Below are positions 22,789 to 44,620 of a DNA stretch of 64,000 nt, in pieces. Under the pieces are notes generated by a model, which saw nothing but the letters and a program-made list of their open reading frames with translations, was not told the origin of the DNA and searched no databases. This DNA comes from the human T2T-CHM13v2.0 reference genome, Homo sapiens. The stretch is taken from assembly GCF_009914755.1 (NCBI RefSeq), contig NC_060935.1, one strand, 5' to 3'. Every line of letters starts with the position of its first letter. Position 1 is the first letter of the stretch. Both the position numbers and the translations under genes were made by a program.

Positions 22789-23060
22789 TTTTTAACATTG
22801 TTCATTCGCTGATTGATTATTCAATGTGTTGGGTGCTAGCCACCATGTTGGGTGCTAGGGGACAGAAGAGGATACAGGGATGAAGCACAAGTGGATCCCA
22901 CCCTCAAGTTTGGCCTAGTGGGGGACTCGGATCACTATGGATTAGGGCAGTGAATTCAGAAGGCAGGAGAATACCTAGACAGGGTCATTGCTCCTACTTA
23001 GGCAACCTCTGCTCGGGGTCCCTCTCAGTAGAACTTTTCCAAAAAAAGTAGTTCACATTT

Positions 23061-24257
<1,197 letters not shown>

Positions 24258-24329
24258 AGGAGTGCCTTTCTTTTGCAGTCATGGGCCTGTACAGAAAAGG
24301 GCTGCAAATTCAGGAAACACCAAGATTTT

Positions 24330-24837
24330 GGCGTCTGCCAATTCTTTAACATACCTTCCATCAGGATGTGGGGTCTTTGTCCCTTCCCTTGAATCTGGGA
24401 AGGAGTTGTGATTGCTTAAATAGAATAAGGCAGAAGTGACGCCATGCCATTGTCCAGGCTCAGGTCTTAAGACACTAGTAACTTTCACTTACTGTCTTTT
24501 GATATGTGTGCTCTTGGAATCACGAGGAAGTTGGCGTTGACCCATGGTGAAGCCTATGTGGAGAGGAACTGAGGACCTTGGCCTACAGCCTTAGCTGAGC
24601 TCTTAGGTGACAGCCAGCCCCTGCTTGCTAGCCATCTTGGAAGGGGATTCTCCAGCCCCAGTCAAACCACCCCAGCTAATGCTGTGTGGTACAGAGATGA
24701 ATCAGCCCCATCAAACATTGCCCAGATTGCAGATTCATGAGCAAAATAAGTGATTATTGTTGCTATAAGTCATTAAGCTTTGGGTAAGAGTTTGTTACTG
24801 TCTATTGTTTGTTACACAGCAATAGATAACCATGACA
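24330..24837 (+). mobile_element. MLT1 (G/H-like) MaLR LTR
   Basis: GCCCAGATTGCAGATTCATGAGCAAAATAA...TTTGTTACACAGCAATAGATAAC end. Confidence 0.75.
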
Positions 24838-24916
24838 GCTGCTCATGCAGTTTGCCAGGAGGTGAGAAGGGAGAAGATATTTGCAATAAATATAACTGAC
24901 AAAAGGCTCACATCTA

Positions 24917-25296
24917 TGATTTAGTCTGCTCAGGCTGCCATAATAAAATCCCATAGACTGTGTGGCTTAAACAATGCATATTTATTTTCTCACAGTTCTA
25001 AAGGCTAGAAGTCCATGATTAAGCTACTAGCAAATTCAGCTCCTAATGAGGTTTCTATTCCTGGCTTGTAGATGGCTGCCTTCTTGTCATATCCTCACAT
25101 GGCCTTTCCAGAGAGACAGCTCTGGTGTCTTTTCTTCTTTTTATAAGAACACCAGCCTTATCAGATTAAGGCTAGTCCCTTATGACCTCACTTAACCTTT
25201 GTTTCCTCCTTAGAGGCCCTATCTCTAAATACAGTCACATTGGGGGTTAGGGCGTCAACATAGAATTTTAGGGTGGGTACAGTTCAGTCCATCACT
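24917..25296 (-). mobile_element. MLT1A-like MaLR LTR
   Basis: TTAGTCTGCTCAGGCTGCCATAATAAAAT...ACAGTTCAGTCCAT. Confidence 0.8.
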
Positions 25297-25489
25297 TCTT
25301 AGCATATAAAAAAGAATTCCTACAGATAAATGTTTTAAATAGACAAAATACTTGAACAAGCACAAGAAATGCAGATGGCCAATAAGCATATGAAAAGTGA
25401 TTGATTTTATCAGTCATTAGGGAAATACAGAATGAAAACATGTTACAACTCTGTACCCACCAAAATGGTAAAAATCTGACAACATCAAA

Positions 25490-28200
25490 TAATGGCCCCA
25501 ACTAAAGCTGCTGTGCCATATTGTGTCTTTGTTGAAATGGATCAATTCAGTCTATGGCATTTGGCATGTGGCTACTGATCTGTCAAATGTGTTATTTTCT
25601 GTCACTGTCACTAAAAGCAGTTTACATCTATAGGAGAAGGTCATCAATACATGTTCACTGTCTTGTCCCATAACTATATTATTTCTCCTGCTCTCTGTCA
25701 AGACGTAGTCCACAGGGGCCTTGATCTTTATGTTTCACATATTGGTCCACTATATTGATGGCATCATGCTGATTAGGCCTGGACAATAGAAAGTGTCAAA
25801 TATTCTGAATCCCCTAGTAAGACAAATGCATGCCAGAAGGTGGGGAATAAACTCTGTAAGAAATCAAGGGTCTACCACATTGGTGAAATTTTTAGGAGTT
25901 CAATGATCTGAGGAATTCTAGGATCTTCTTCTTCTTCTTCTTCTTCTTTTTTTTTTTTTGAGATGGAGTCTCACTCTGTTGCCCAGGCTGGAGCACAGTG
26001 GTGCAATCTCGGCTCACTGCAACCTCCACCTCCTGGGTTCAAGCAATTCTCTGCCTCAACCTCCTGAGTAGCTGGGATTACAGGTGCCCGCCACCATGGT
26101 TGGCTAATTTTTGTAGTTTTAGTAGAGACAGGGTTTTACCATCTTGGCCAGGCTGGTCTTGAACTCCTGACCTCATGATCCACCAGCCTTGGCCTCCCAA
26201 AGTGCTGGGATTACAGGCGTGAGCCACCATGCCCGGCCTCTGGGACATTCTTCTAAAACAAATGGCAAGTTATTGCATCTTCTAAACCCATATCACTAGA
26301 GAAGAGGTGGTGTTTTGTGGGTGGGGGGGATTTGGATTTGGGGAGCAATATACATTACACTTAGGAACACTGTTCTGACCTATTTCTCAAGTGACTAGGA
26401 AGGGTGCCAGTTTCAAGTGGAGCTCAGAGAAATATAGGGCCTTACAGCAAATCTGGGCTACAGTGGAAGCTGCCTTGCCACTTAGTGGGTAAATGGTATA
26501 TTTGGGATCAGTCCAGAGCAGATTCTAAGTTACAAGTAAGTTACATGAAGGAGTGGCCCAGTCTATATCACCCACTTTTGTAGCATTCAGCAAACCTCCT
26601 CCTTAATTCACACATGCAACCTCATGGAGGTTTTCCTTACAACCAGCTAACAAAGGAGAAAAAAAAATTGGGATGGCTATGGATGGGGGGGACTCAATAT
26701 GTTTTTGTAACCAAAGCTGGACAGCTGCCACACTAATACTTCACTAAGTGGGACCCTAAAAGCAAGTGTAGTGAATAGTACACTTGGTTGTTACTTTGAA
26801 TGGAGGGAAAGTAGTTTGAGGTAAGAATATGCATAAACTCCTGGGCAGTGGAGAATGATTTAGCTGGTTGCTCAGGATTCTGGAAAGGTCAAGATTGGAG
26901 AATTAGAGACAAGCTGATGCAGGGGAAGAATCATGTGGCTGGATATTTGGAAGCAGATACAAAGTGAAGTGAAAGGACCACTTCTAATGGAGGGGGATGT
27001 GATTCTCCCTTACTGAAACTGACACCTGCTCTTGAAATGTTTGCCTTTCCTGCCTTAAGTGCCTTTCCCAGCACCACTATCCCAAAGGCCTGGAGTTGGG
27101 GAATGCCTGATCAACCCATATGGGATCCCAGAAGATGTTGCCCCAGACCGAAGGATCCATTTTACGGCCAAGGAGGTGCATAACAATAATCACAGTAGCC
27201 ACTCGTTCTACCGTATATTGTATACTTGAAAGCAGCTGGCAAACAGAATGGTGAGATGGCCTATTAAAGGCTCATCTAAAGTGCCAACTTGGGGACAGTA
27301 TTTTGAGGGTGGAGTCCTGTCCTCCAGGAAACCAATAGCCAACATATAAAGATGGAAGATTGGCCCCTCTCACCATCACTCCTAGTAACCAACCCCCAAA
27401 TATTCGCTCATCCCCTCAACCTTGGGCTGCTGGATTTAAGGTCCTCATTCCCTGGGAGGAGGACTTTTCCACTAGGGGGCACAAAAAAGTCTCCGCTCAA
27501 TCTGAATCTGTAACTGTGATCCGGTCACTTTGAGCTCCTTATGCCTGTGGACCAGCAGGCGCTAAAAGTTATACTGACAGCAGTGGTTGACCCTAATTAT
27601 CATAATGACCTAGAGTAGCTGCCAATAATGAGGACAGTGAAAAAAATGTCTAGAATGTTGGAATTCTATGGTGTCTCTCAGTAATTCCAAGCCTAGTAAT
27701 AACTGTGAATGAGCAATTGCAGCAACCACCACCTGACAAAGGCAAGACAACCAAGAGCTTAGACTCCTGAGCAATGAAGATCTCAGTCCTCCTGCCAGGC
27801 AGGCAAAGTAGACAAGATGGAATGCTAGAGTGGGGGTGGAGGGGAGGGTGTGGAGAGAAGAAAGATAATGTCTATTACCATTTTGGGTAACCAGTGGGAT
27901 TGTAGCTTGTCTCAATAATCCCTATACATTAAATCTTTGTCTTTTTCACTTACTCCAACGTGAAGCTTAATATTAAATCTTTTCTAGAGGCTGCAGCTGG
28001 CTAACATCTTTAACAGGGTGGATTTAACAGAATGGATATGGGATACAAAGGAATCTTAGTGGCGCAAGAAGTGACCAGAGTCTATGGTGCCCTGTGTCAA
28101 AACTCCTTAGCTTCCCTCTGACTTTGGCTATTACTGTGATTGATAGTTCTTTGTGACTGCAAACTCATCTTGTGGTGACTATTCCCACCTCAGGCAGGAA
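25490..28200 (+). mobile_element. Degenerate ERVL internal region (RT, RNase H, integrase, 3' region) with an Alu at ~25925-26238
   Basis: LVHYIDGIMLI at ~25742-25776 (decayed YIDD); GATCCATTTTACGGCCAAGGAGGT integrase-like stretch. Confidence 0.8.
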
Positions 28201-28248
28201 TCTGTTTGCATCCTTATTTAATGTTTCATTTTTTTGATATTTAAACTA

Positions 28249-28848
<600 letters not shown>

Positions 28849-28989
28849 TTATAGATTCCTTGGTGAATGGACTGGAGCTACAAGTTCAAATGTAGAATAT
28901 GTTGCCTCCAAAATCCAAACAGGCCTACCAAGCATTGTGCCTCTTTATTCATAGTGGACAATGTATGGTGAAGCAAACTGTCTGTCATT

Positions 28990-29886
<897 letters not shown>

Positions 29887-29919
29887 TAATAGCTAGAATA
29901 CACAGGCCTGGTCGACTAC

Positions 29920-30882
29920 AAGGTGACAGAAGCATTGCCCCTGACCACCATTTCTCTCAATGACCCACTTGTGGAATTCATGTTTCCTGTAGCCTTAGGC
30001 CCTGAGAAGACCTATTCATATGTGCTTCCACCTGGGAACTGGAAACTGTGGTCATGTTTGGCCACTTTGGGCTCCTCATGACAGAGGATCAGCAGACAAA
30101 GAATGGCATTTCTGTACTGGCAGGGGTAGTTGACCCTGAGTCACATGAATAGCAAGAGTTGCCATTTCATAATGGAGAATGAAAGAGCTCCCAGCCTGGG
30201 AAACATAGGGGGACCCCTGTCTCTAAAAAATTTTTTAAAAATTAGCCAGGCATGCTGGTGCGTGCCTGTAGTCCTGGCTACTCAGCAGGCTGAGGTCAGA
30301 GGATCATTTGACCCTATGAATTTGAGGTCACAGTGAACTATGATCATATCACTGCACTCCAGCCTGGGTAATAGAGTGAGACCCCATCTAAGAAAGATAT
30401 AGAGATAGAGGAAGGAAGGAAGGAAGGAAGAAGGAAGGAAGGAAGGAAGATAGGAAGGAAGGAAGGAAGGAAGGGAAAAAGAAAGAAAGAAAGAAAGAGA
30501 AAGAAAAAGGAAGGAAGGAAAGAGGGAGGGAGGGAAGGAGGGAGAGAGAGAGAGGGAAGGAAGGAAAGAAAGAAAGTGAGGGAGAGGGAGGAAGGAGGGA
30601 AAGAAAGGAAGGAGAAAGAAAGAAGGAAAGAAGGGAGGGAGGGATGGAGGAAGAGAGAGAGAGGGAAGGAAATAAAGGAAGGAAGGAAGATGGGAAGAAG
30701 GGAAAGAAAGAGAAAGAAAGAAAGAAGGGAAGGAAGGGAAAGAAAAGAAGGAAGGAAAGAAGGGAGAGGGAAGGAAGGGAGGGAGGGAGGGAAGGAAGAG
30801 AAGAAAGTGAGAGTGGGGAAGGAAGAGAAGGAAGGAAGGAAGGAAAGAAAAAGAAAGAGAGAAGAAAGAAAGAAAGAAAGAG

Positions 30883-30941
<59 letters not shown>

Positions 30942-32020
30942 CTGGAACTTGGGGGATTCGCTGGGCCATTTCTTGGTGCTTCTCTGCCCAGTGAGAACTG
31001 TGAGTGGTTAATTGCAGCAACCATGGCCTTACAAAAGCAAGGCAAGAGGGCTGAAGGTTTAGGTCACTTCACCAGGCCAGTGACCCAGACCAGCCAAAGT
31101 GCTGACTGAGGGTAAGGGAAACCTGGAATGGCTGGTGGAGGTGCAAAATGAGAATATCAATTATGGCCCTGGATGTCAATTATGACCAGCTGTAATAATG
31201 GGATTTAACTTGGTTTTCTAACTCTTTTTTTAGGAGATTGGAACTGGCCATCATCTTGAAGAACTGGGTTTTAAATTTTCTTCTTGAGAAAAAGTGAGAG
31301 CATCATTTTTTTTCTCATGCAAGATTCAGAAATGAATGGGTCTGAGCAGATCTATGTGGTGCAATGCATGGATGTGCAAGATCCAGTTTCTTTGCACCCC
31401 AAATGTGTTGAGCCTGACTTTTCCGCTCCTCTTCCCCAGGGCCTGAGCCTCTTGCCCTATTTTCTGGCTGGATTGGCCCTGGGGATGGCTCATTTCATTC
31501 CAGTGGTCATCGCCGTGGCTCTGGTTGCCTCAGCGGAACCTCAGGGTTGGACAAGGCTTCAGCACAGCTTCTGTCACAGCCACTGCCATAGGAGCTGTGG
31601 CAGCTTCGATACCACGTCTCACCTGACTGGGTCCATGGAGGCTCTGGCTTCCCCTGTGACTTCCCAGAGTGGTCAATACACAACCTGCAAATCGTAGGGA
31701 ATTAAAGCTCCATGGGGATGATTTTGACCAAGGAGAAGAATGCCAGAAGGCTTGAGAAGGAGTTGAATAACCTCTGCGTGCCCCTGCTGAATTGGGTTTA
31801 GACGCCGTGGTCCTCTGGCCTCTCTGGAGGAGCCCTGTGAGCCCCGCGGTTGGATATTCTTGGAAGATGTTGCCAGCTCTACAGCACACTTTGTGGTTGC
31901 TCTCCTGACTTTCCTGCCTGACTGCTCCTTTCCCTCATTCTTGCTTCTTTCTCAGTAAAGCATCAGCACATTTGCTTTGCTTCAGGCTGACTCTGTGTTC
32001 CAGGGACCCTGGCCTAGGAA
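29920..32020 (+). mobile_element. ERVL 3' internal region plus probable 3' LTR (~31355-32020)
   Basis: Homologous to 27340-27960 (GGCCACTTTGGGCTCCTCATG, GTTGACCCT); LTR-type end GCTTCAGGCT...CAGGGACCC. Confidence 0.65.
30390..30936 (+). repeat. ~545-bp compound purine tract (GGAA/GAAA/GGGA) grown from a truncated AluJ tail
   Basis: Almost all A/G; follows the Alu remnant at 30190-30389; ends in a (GAAA)n run. Confidence 0.95.
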
Positions 32021-32029
32021 AGAGGTGTG

Positions 32030-32650
32030 TTCAGAGCATGGGATATTTGAAACTGAACTAGTGATGGGATTGAGGTGATTGTTATGACAAGACTTAAAAT
32101 ATGACCATGGAAGACAATCGCTTAGGTAGAATGGATGACCAGTTCGTTGGAGAAGAGAATATCATGGAATCTAGAGTCCAGGTTCCTGGAATAATCATCC
32201 ATGTGGGTATGGAAATCTCTAGGAATGTTGGTGAGGATGATCCAGGAGCTAAACTCTTCAAAGCATGGGGGAAGGTGGCAGAGATGCCTGCAGACAGAGG
32301 GACTGTGGATTGTGGATACTGAGTCTGAAAGAGAGGGCATCTGGGATTAGCAACGGGGAACGAGGAGAACATCTAACTACCCCCCAGGCCCAGTAATAGA
32401 AGGGCTGTGGGAGGGCAAGCAACCACCTCTGAAGAGGACAGCAAGAAAGAAGTATCCTTAGAGCATGAGGATGAAGAGAACATTTTGGAAAGAGAGTTAG
32501 GGTGCAGAATGTTCTGCTGATGAATAACTTTGAGCTCCAGAGTGCACGGTGGAAAGGTTTCAGGAGATGAGGAGCTATGGAAGATGGGGTTGAAAGGTAG
32601 TGCACAAGCTGAATGGGGATTAGAGGTGGGGAATGAGGAATGATGCGGTG
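32030..32650 (-). mobile_element. L2 ORF2 endonuclease-region remnant
   Basis: FEEFSSW...PRDFHTHMDDYSRNLDSRFHDILFSNEL resembles the L2 EN motif GDFNIHxDDPSNxLASQFLDLLSSNDL. Confidence 0.7.
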
Positions 32651-33449
32651 GCTACAAGCACAAGACTAAAGGGCCTAGTAAGATTCGTCCTGACAGTCCC
32701 CAGGTAGAGTGACAGAGCAGCTGCAAGTGTTCAGGGAAGCGGGAGTGTGAGCTCTTGTCCAGAGTGTGCCCATTCAGGGGTTCCCACTCAGCCTTGCTGA
32801 GAGAGGAGGGGGGGTCCTGCAGGCATGGGGGATGTGTCCTGTTCTGAATGCACAAGCTCCTCCTTCCTCCCTGAAGGATGTCTCACTCAGTTAGGCTGGG
32901 ATGTCTTCTTTTTCGTTGTCTTTTGGTTGTATGTTTTGCAGGGGACTGTTCTTCTTTGCTTGCACTTGGTACATGTCTACTTATTTCTAAGACACCATTA
33001 CACTTAGACAAACTTTCATGTTCTTCTATTTTTCTTTTCATTCCCTCACCTATTTTACATAACTCTTTGATTCTCTATCTTCTTATGAAAAAGAGACTAT
33101 TTTTAATTTCTTGACATTTCTCCTATTCTCTTTTGCTGTGACACCAACTCCTTCTTTTACCTTAACTGACTTTGCACTTGTTTGAGCTCGTTCAGCCTGA
33201 CACTGCCAGCCCAGACGGTTTCCCACTTCTTCCAAGAGATATGCAAACCTCCCTCCTCCTTTGAGCCCACTCTTCAGAAGGATTTGGTGACCTGTACACA
33301 ATAACCTGAGTTTACTGGCTTTGTGCTTTTTATTACTATTAATTAATCTTGATATCTTCCCTTCTTCCATCACAGTAGACTTCCTCTCTGTTCAGTATTG
33401 CCTAGCTAATATTTCTCCACCTTTTACTTACATTTTCCATCTTCCATAG

Positions 33450-34509
<1,060 letters not shown>

Positions 34510-36822
34510 CTACTCCTAAATTTTATTTTCTGGGATATGACCAAAATGCCAGTGAATGACTCACGTAGTTTGGGCTGATCAATACAAAACTTTAATAATT
34601 TTGCTAGCTAGTGTGCACATTATCACTACTTTTTCTTTTTACTCGTATTTTTATCTTTTGAGGCAGAGTCTCACTGTGTTGCTCAGGTTGGAGTGCAGTG
34701 GCACGATCACTTCCCGGGCTCAAGTGATCCTCCTGCCTCAGCCTCCCAAGAAGCTGGGACTACCAGAGTGTGCCATTGTGCCAGGCCATCACTACCTTTC
34801 AGTTCCCTTTGTGAAGTCTTCCTTCTAACTATTTAGGATGCTTGTGGACTCACAGTTCTTTCAATAGACTCAGTTCGTTCTGATTAACTGTGGTCATTTT
34901 TTCCCTCTCTGGAGTTTATGTGGTCACTCTTTGGCTACTCACAGCTCTGCTTTCTTGAATGACAGGGTGTTCCAGGCTGGGTATGAAATGCTTTCTACTT
35001 CAAAAGGTGGAATCAGTTTTTTTCCCCAGAATCTTAGTTCTTCTTCCAAGAGAAAAATATTAGAGCCAAAATTTGGGACCTAGGCTGGTGCCACTTATCA
35101 ACCAGGAGAAGGCAGATCAATATCAGAGTTTTCTCAGGTCACTTTGATGACCTAGCATGCATTTTCTTTTTGTTTCTGCCCCACTCTCCCTTTCATGTAA
35201 GGAGTCATGAGTACATCGTATCATGCTCCAAGGTTGTTGTTACTTTTTTCTAATGTGAGATATTATTAAATATCCCTCCTTTTTTCAGCTGATAATTTTT
35301 CTATTTTCTCACCAACATTGATGTTAAACAACACTCAAACCAAGCCATGTTTTCATTAGTTTTATTCCCCCAATTTCTAAGTCTCCAATTCATTTTCTCT
35401 TTTAACCTCAGCTGAAGCATCCTCGGGCTGGCTACCAAGTGTGCACATCCAGATGATCTGACTGATAAGCATCAGTTGCACATCAATCATCCAAAAGGAA
35501 AAAGAAGTGCCAACCATCCTAGAGTAGCCTCAAAGCAAGTACCAAACGCTTATAAGGGCAGCATATAGACGAATACCATTGCTCACAGTTTCATTCCAAT
35601 TTTTCCTCTAGTTTCCTCCAGCTGGACCTTACCATTTAAATCTATTTTCCTTCCCTTTGATTTTTTCCCCTTTTACTTGGTGCTCAAAAAAATTGTTTTT
35701 TTCTTCAGGATTGGAGGTCAAATAAATTTTGTTTTGTTTTTAGTGGTTTTAGAACTGAACTCCATTTTCTCAAAGGTCCTAGGGTACATATCTTTTACTC
35801 TCCTTACTTGTCTTCCCAATTTGCTTATAACATTGTTTGGGGTTCCTTTATTTGTTACTTCTGTAACTTTAAATGCTAACTTACACTTTTATTTCTTGTT
35901 TCATTGCCTATGGGCTGTTTCTTGACCTCAAGTTTTTAAGATATTGGTGCTCTTGTTCTTTATTTACTCTTCCTTTTATCTTCCACCTCTGTTTCTAGCA
36001 TCTGTGCTTTTATGTTAACATTGTCAAAGTTAAAAACACTGATATTGCTTGATGATACTGTCTTATAAAAATAAATAAAATAAAAACATTGATAGTCTCT
36101 TCTTTTGCCATAATACATTCTGTTCAATCTAAAAGTTAAAAATCAATATGTGAATACATACAATCTATATTAGTTAAGAATATTTTCATTGTATGCAAGA
36201 CTATTTTCATTGTAAGCAAAAAGTGGATTGATAGGCTCATGCAATACAAAAGTCCCAGATTAGGGCTGGCTACAGGTGTAACTGAGACAGGAGCTTGTGA
36301 AACATAATCAGGACATGGATCCCCTCTGTCCTTTGGCTCTGCTCCCCAGTTTGTGTTGGTCTCATTCGCAGAGAGAGTGTCTCTCCCCTGTGGTTTTGAT
36401 ATGACTGTCGGCGACTTCTGGGGCAACATCATTCCACATTCATGTCCAGTAGGAAAGTGTGAAAATCTTTGCCTCAACTTTTCATCTAAAGTCATAAGAC
36501 TCCCTGTGATGGGACATCTTGGGGCAAGTGTTGCCTCTTAAGCTGTCAGGTCATTGGTGAGTGCTTTGTGTTGTTTATCTTAAGCCTGGCTTATATGGGC
36601 CACCCTTAGACTTGAGAGCAGAGCCCCACTTAAATCAAATGGCTGATTGGAGAAGGGCCTTGAGCTAATTGGGGAATAGATATTATGTAATTCTCCATTT
36701 CCTTGTAATTTTCCTTCAACCCCAACTTCCTTTAACCTCAATGCCCATCTCCCCTCCCCTCATATATATCAATTCTCTTAAACAGAACCCTGGGAGAAAG
36801 TTTCAGGCCTCACACTCCTAAT

Positions 36823-37281
<459 letters not shown>

Positions 37282-37402
37282 GACACCTCCAAGTTCTGAG
37301 TAGGTAGACTCTTCTGAGAGCTCCATCTCCTGAGCATTTCCTGGAATGGGTACAGAGAAGAGGAGAGAATGGTAGTGTAGATTCACCAGGAAAGGATTTT
37401 GA

Positions 37403-41426
<4,024 letters not shown>

Positions 41427-43589
41427 TCAGGAAATCGGAGAATTTGTGGGGTGAATAAATAAGAATAAGAGACTGGAATCTAAATTAACCTGAGTCCTTC
41501 CTGAAAATGAGAATTTAGGGGAAGGTGAAGGAAGGGCTGAGGACTGGGGAAGTGGTGGCAATTAGGAGGGGGTGTGGGAGTGGATAACCAAATATTCCAA
41601 GCAGGGAAGTAACATCCCTTAGGAAATTCTAAAATTTAACCATATCATATCATTGTCCCCTGGCCCCTGGGGCAGCTCTGCTGGCTGCCTGGTCCCACAT
41701 GGTCCCTTGTCAAAATGGTGAAACCCGGTTCCTCAGGACAGTTGATGAGCAGGAATATTCTATTTTCCCACCTCTCTCTCCCGTCCCATTCAAGTTCCCC
41801 TGACTGTGTTAATCACCTCCTTTTTCCTTTAGTCAGATTTTTGTTGGAAATGAAAACTGTGAAATCAAGTCCTTCAAACCGATGCCCCTTGTGAGGGGTA
41901 ATTCATAGTGGAAGGCCATGGTTCTGTATTTCCCTTGTCCATTTAGGCTCTGATAGAACATTCTGTTCTACTTCGAATGATTCTGTTTTATTGAGTTAGC
42001 ATGACGGGTATGGGTATGAAAAAGAGCACCCAGAAAGTTCAAGGTGAGGAAATACTTGAGAACAGGAACCTGTCTGGCCCATCTTTGTAGTTCCCTTAGC
42101 CCAGCCTGGTGTCTAGCCAGGTATCAAAGGTACCAGAGCAGTGACTACAGTGCCATTGAGTATTGAGCTAGACGTGCTGACTACCTCACACTCCAGGTCA
42201 GGAATCACCCCCCAGCCTGGGGTAGAGCCACAAAGGCCAGTGGCATAAACTTGGCTATGGGGAAGGACTGCAAAAGCTAGACACCAGGAAGTTTTGACTT
42301 TCCAGGTGTGAAACGTAGAAGATGGCCAGTGACGACTAACTTCCCAATTTGTTATAAATACACATACATAATATGTTTATAGAAAATTACTTTTGAGAGT
42401 GAAAAGCAAGAAGCAGTTTTGAATAATAGGTGCTGAGAAATTATGTGATTATTAAAATAATGACTATGTAAAAACTACACATGCATATTAATGAATGAGG
42501 ATAATCCAAAGAAAGACCACACCGACACTAAAATAGTTTCAGTGATAGCATGAAGCAATTTTAAGTGAAATTCTAATTAATTTTTATAATGTCATAAATG
42601 TAATTTTAAATATTCAAAGAAAAAAAGACTACTGAACTTCAGCATTGCACGTGGTGAACTGAAATTAACTTGGAAAACAGCACATGAGAGAACCCATTCA
42701 GGACTGCTACTCCTTGTAGATTTCCCCACAGGATCTGAACTGTGGGTAGCATACTTCCTTCCCATTTGTCACCTCTTTCTCCTATATCATTTTGAAGATG
42801 AAATACAATGGCTATTGGGCATGTCAGGTTTAGACAGAGATCCTGTTCCATGATCTTGGGAATTAGGTGGAGAATATTTCATAGTCCCCCAGGAAAAAGT
42901 ATCTAGGGACAGCTGGAACATAGGCAAGATATCATTTTCAATTTCCTGTTTTCCTGTGTCTTCGCCCAGTTGGTTCTGGACCACCTAATTTCCCCTCTCC
43001 TTTAGTCACAACACACATTAACGAACACAAATAGATGTTTAGGCAGCTGCTGCCAGATTTACACATTCAGTATCTGATCTGATGGAGCTCTGCTGGAATG
43101 CTCCACTACGTTTAAGTGTGTGTAAGTTCTGGACAGCTGTGGAGAAAATGAATGATCAGAGTAAGCAGGGCTTCCTTGGTACTGTTGTCTAGTTCTTGCA
43201 CTGCGTAAAGATGCCTGGCTGAGGAGGTGCAAGTGGACTGAAGCCCAGTCCCTCCGTCACTCCTCATGCTGTGTGCACCAGCAGGAGCTGCTTCAGAAGG
43301 AGTGCTATTTTCTTCTCACAAAGATGTTGTCCGCTTGTTAGGCTGTGGTCCCCAGGGGCCGCGTCTGCTCAAAGGAGGGCACTTGTGTCTAACTTGTCCA
43401 CATAGAAGGAGCATTCCTCATTCATTCAAGGCACATACACTTCGCACCTGCTCTCAGAATGGGTTAGGGTTACTCAGAGAAGCCTGCTTGAGAGAGAAGG
43501 ATTTTGAGACAACTCTGAAGGAAGAAAAGTATAGTTTTCCGAAGAGAAAAACTGGAAATGCACAGACTTATTTAGGGAAGGGGCCAGAT

Positions 43590-44029
43590 GTCATAGAGAC
43601 TCTCAATGTCTGCCTGTTTTCCCCTCAGACACTGCCATCTCTGTATTTGTTGCATCTCTGTACCTGAGGACTGTTTCCAGAACCATGGAAAGCTGTCTTA
43701 CCCACCCAGACTCTCTAGGCTGGAAGTGCTGGGGAACAAACACTCCCGCCAGCAAGCAGCCCTCAACTGACGAGAGTTGGTATAAAGTACCCCAGTTCCC
43801 TTGTATCCCTAGTGAGATGATTCTGAGGGGGTGTGTTTTATACTTTTAATCAGAATTTTCCGTGGCGTTAAGCTCTAGTTGCACTCTGTGGCAGTCAGCT
43901 TGTTGCTCCTTTCACTGGCTTCCCTCAATCATTTCTCTATCTCTCCTGCAGGGGGCTCCTGCACCTCGCTTCAAAACTGCCTGCGCTTCCAACTCGTGCT
44001 CGGCTTCTGAGGGAACCCACACAAAGACA
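43590..44029 (+). mobile_element. LTR16-like ERVL LTR
   Basis: GCAGCCCTCAAC...TATAAAGTACCCCAGTTCCC...GGGAACCCACACAAAGACA. Confidence 0.75.
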
Positions 44030-44279
44030 TGGTTTGCCCGGCTGAAACAGAGATGAGCTGGGATTGAGGGGAAGCTGGATACATGATAAGGGGCAATTTG
44101 TGGAAGGCCTTAGAGACCACACTGAGAGGTCAGACTTGATTGAGGAGACAGTTCATGTGCCGGATGACATATGAGTGATATATTTTTCTTTCAATTTATT
44201 ATTTTCATATTTGATTTATTAATTCCTAGGTTTCTACAAGCCTTGCATTGCCCATTGAGTTCTGGCTAATAAAATCTCA

Positions 44280-44620
<341 letters not shown>

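Noticed and set aside
30344-31109. Long F/L/S/P-rich and K/E/R/G-rich ORFs
   Set aside because: Translations of the purine microsatellite
31284-31889. 137-aa and 119-aa ORFs
   Set aside because: They lie within a probable ERVL LTR and show no splice or homology support
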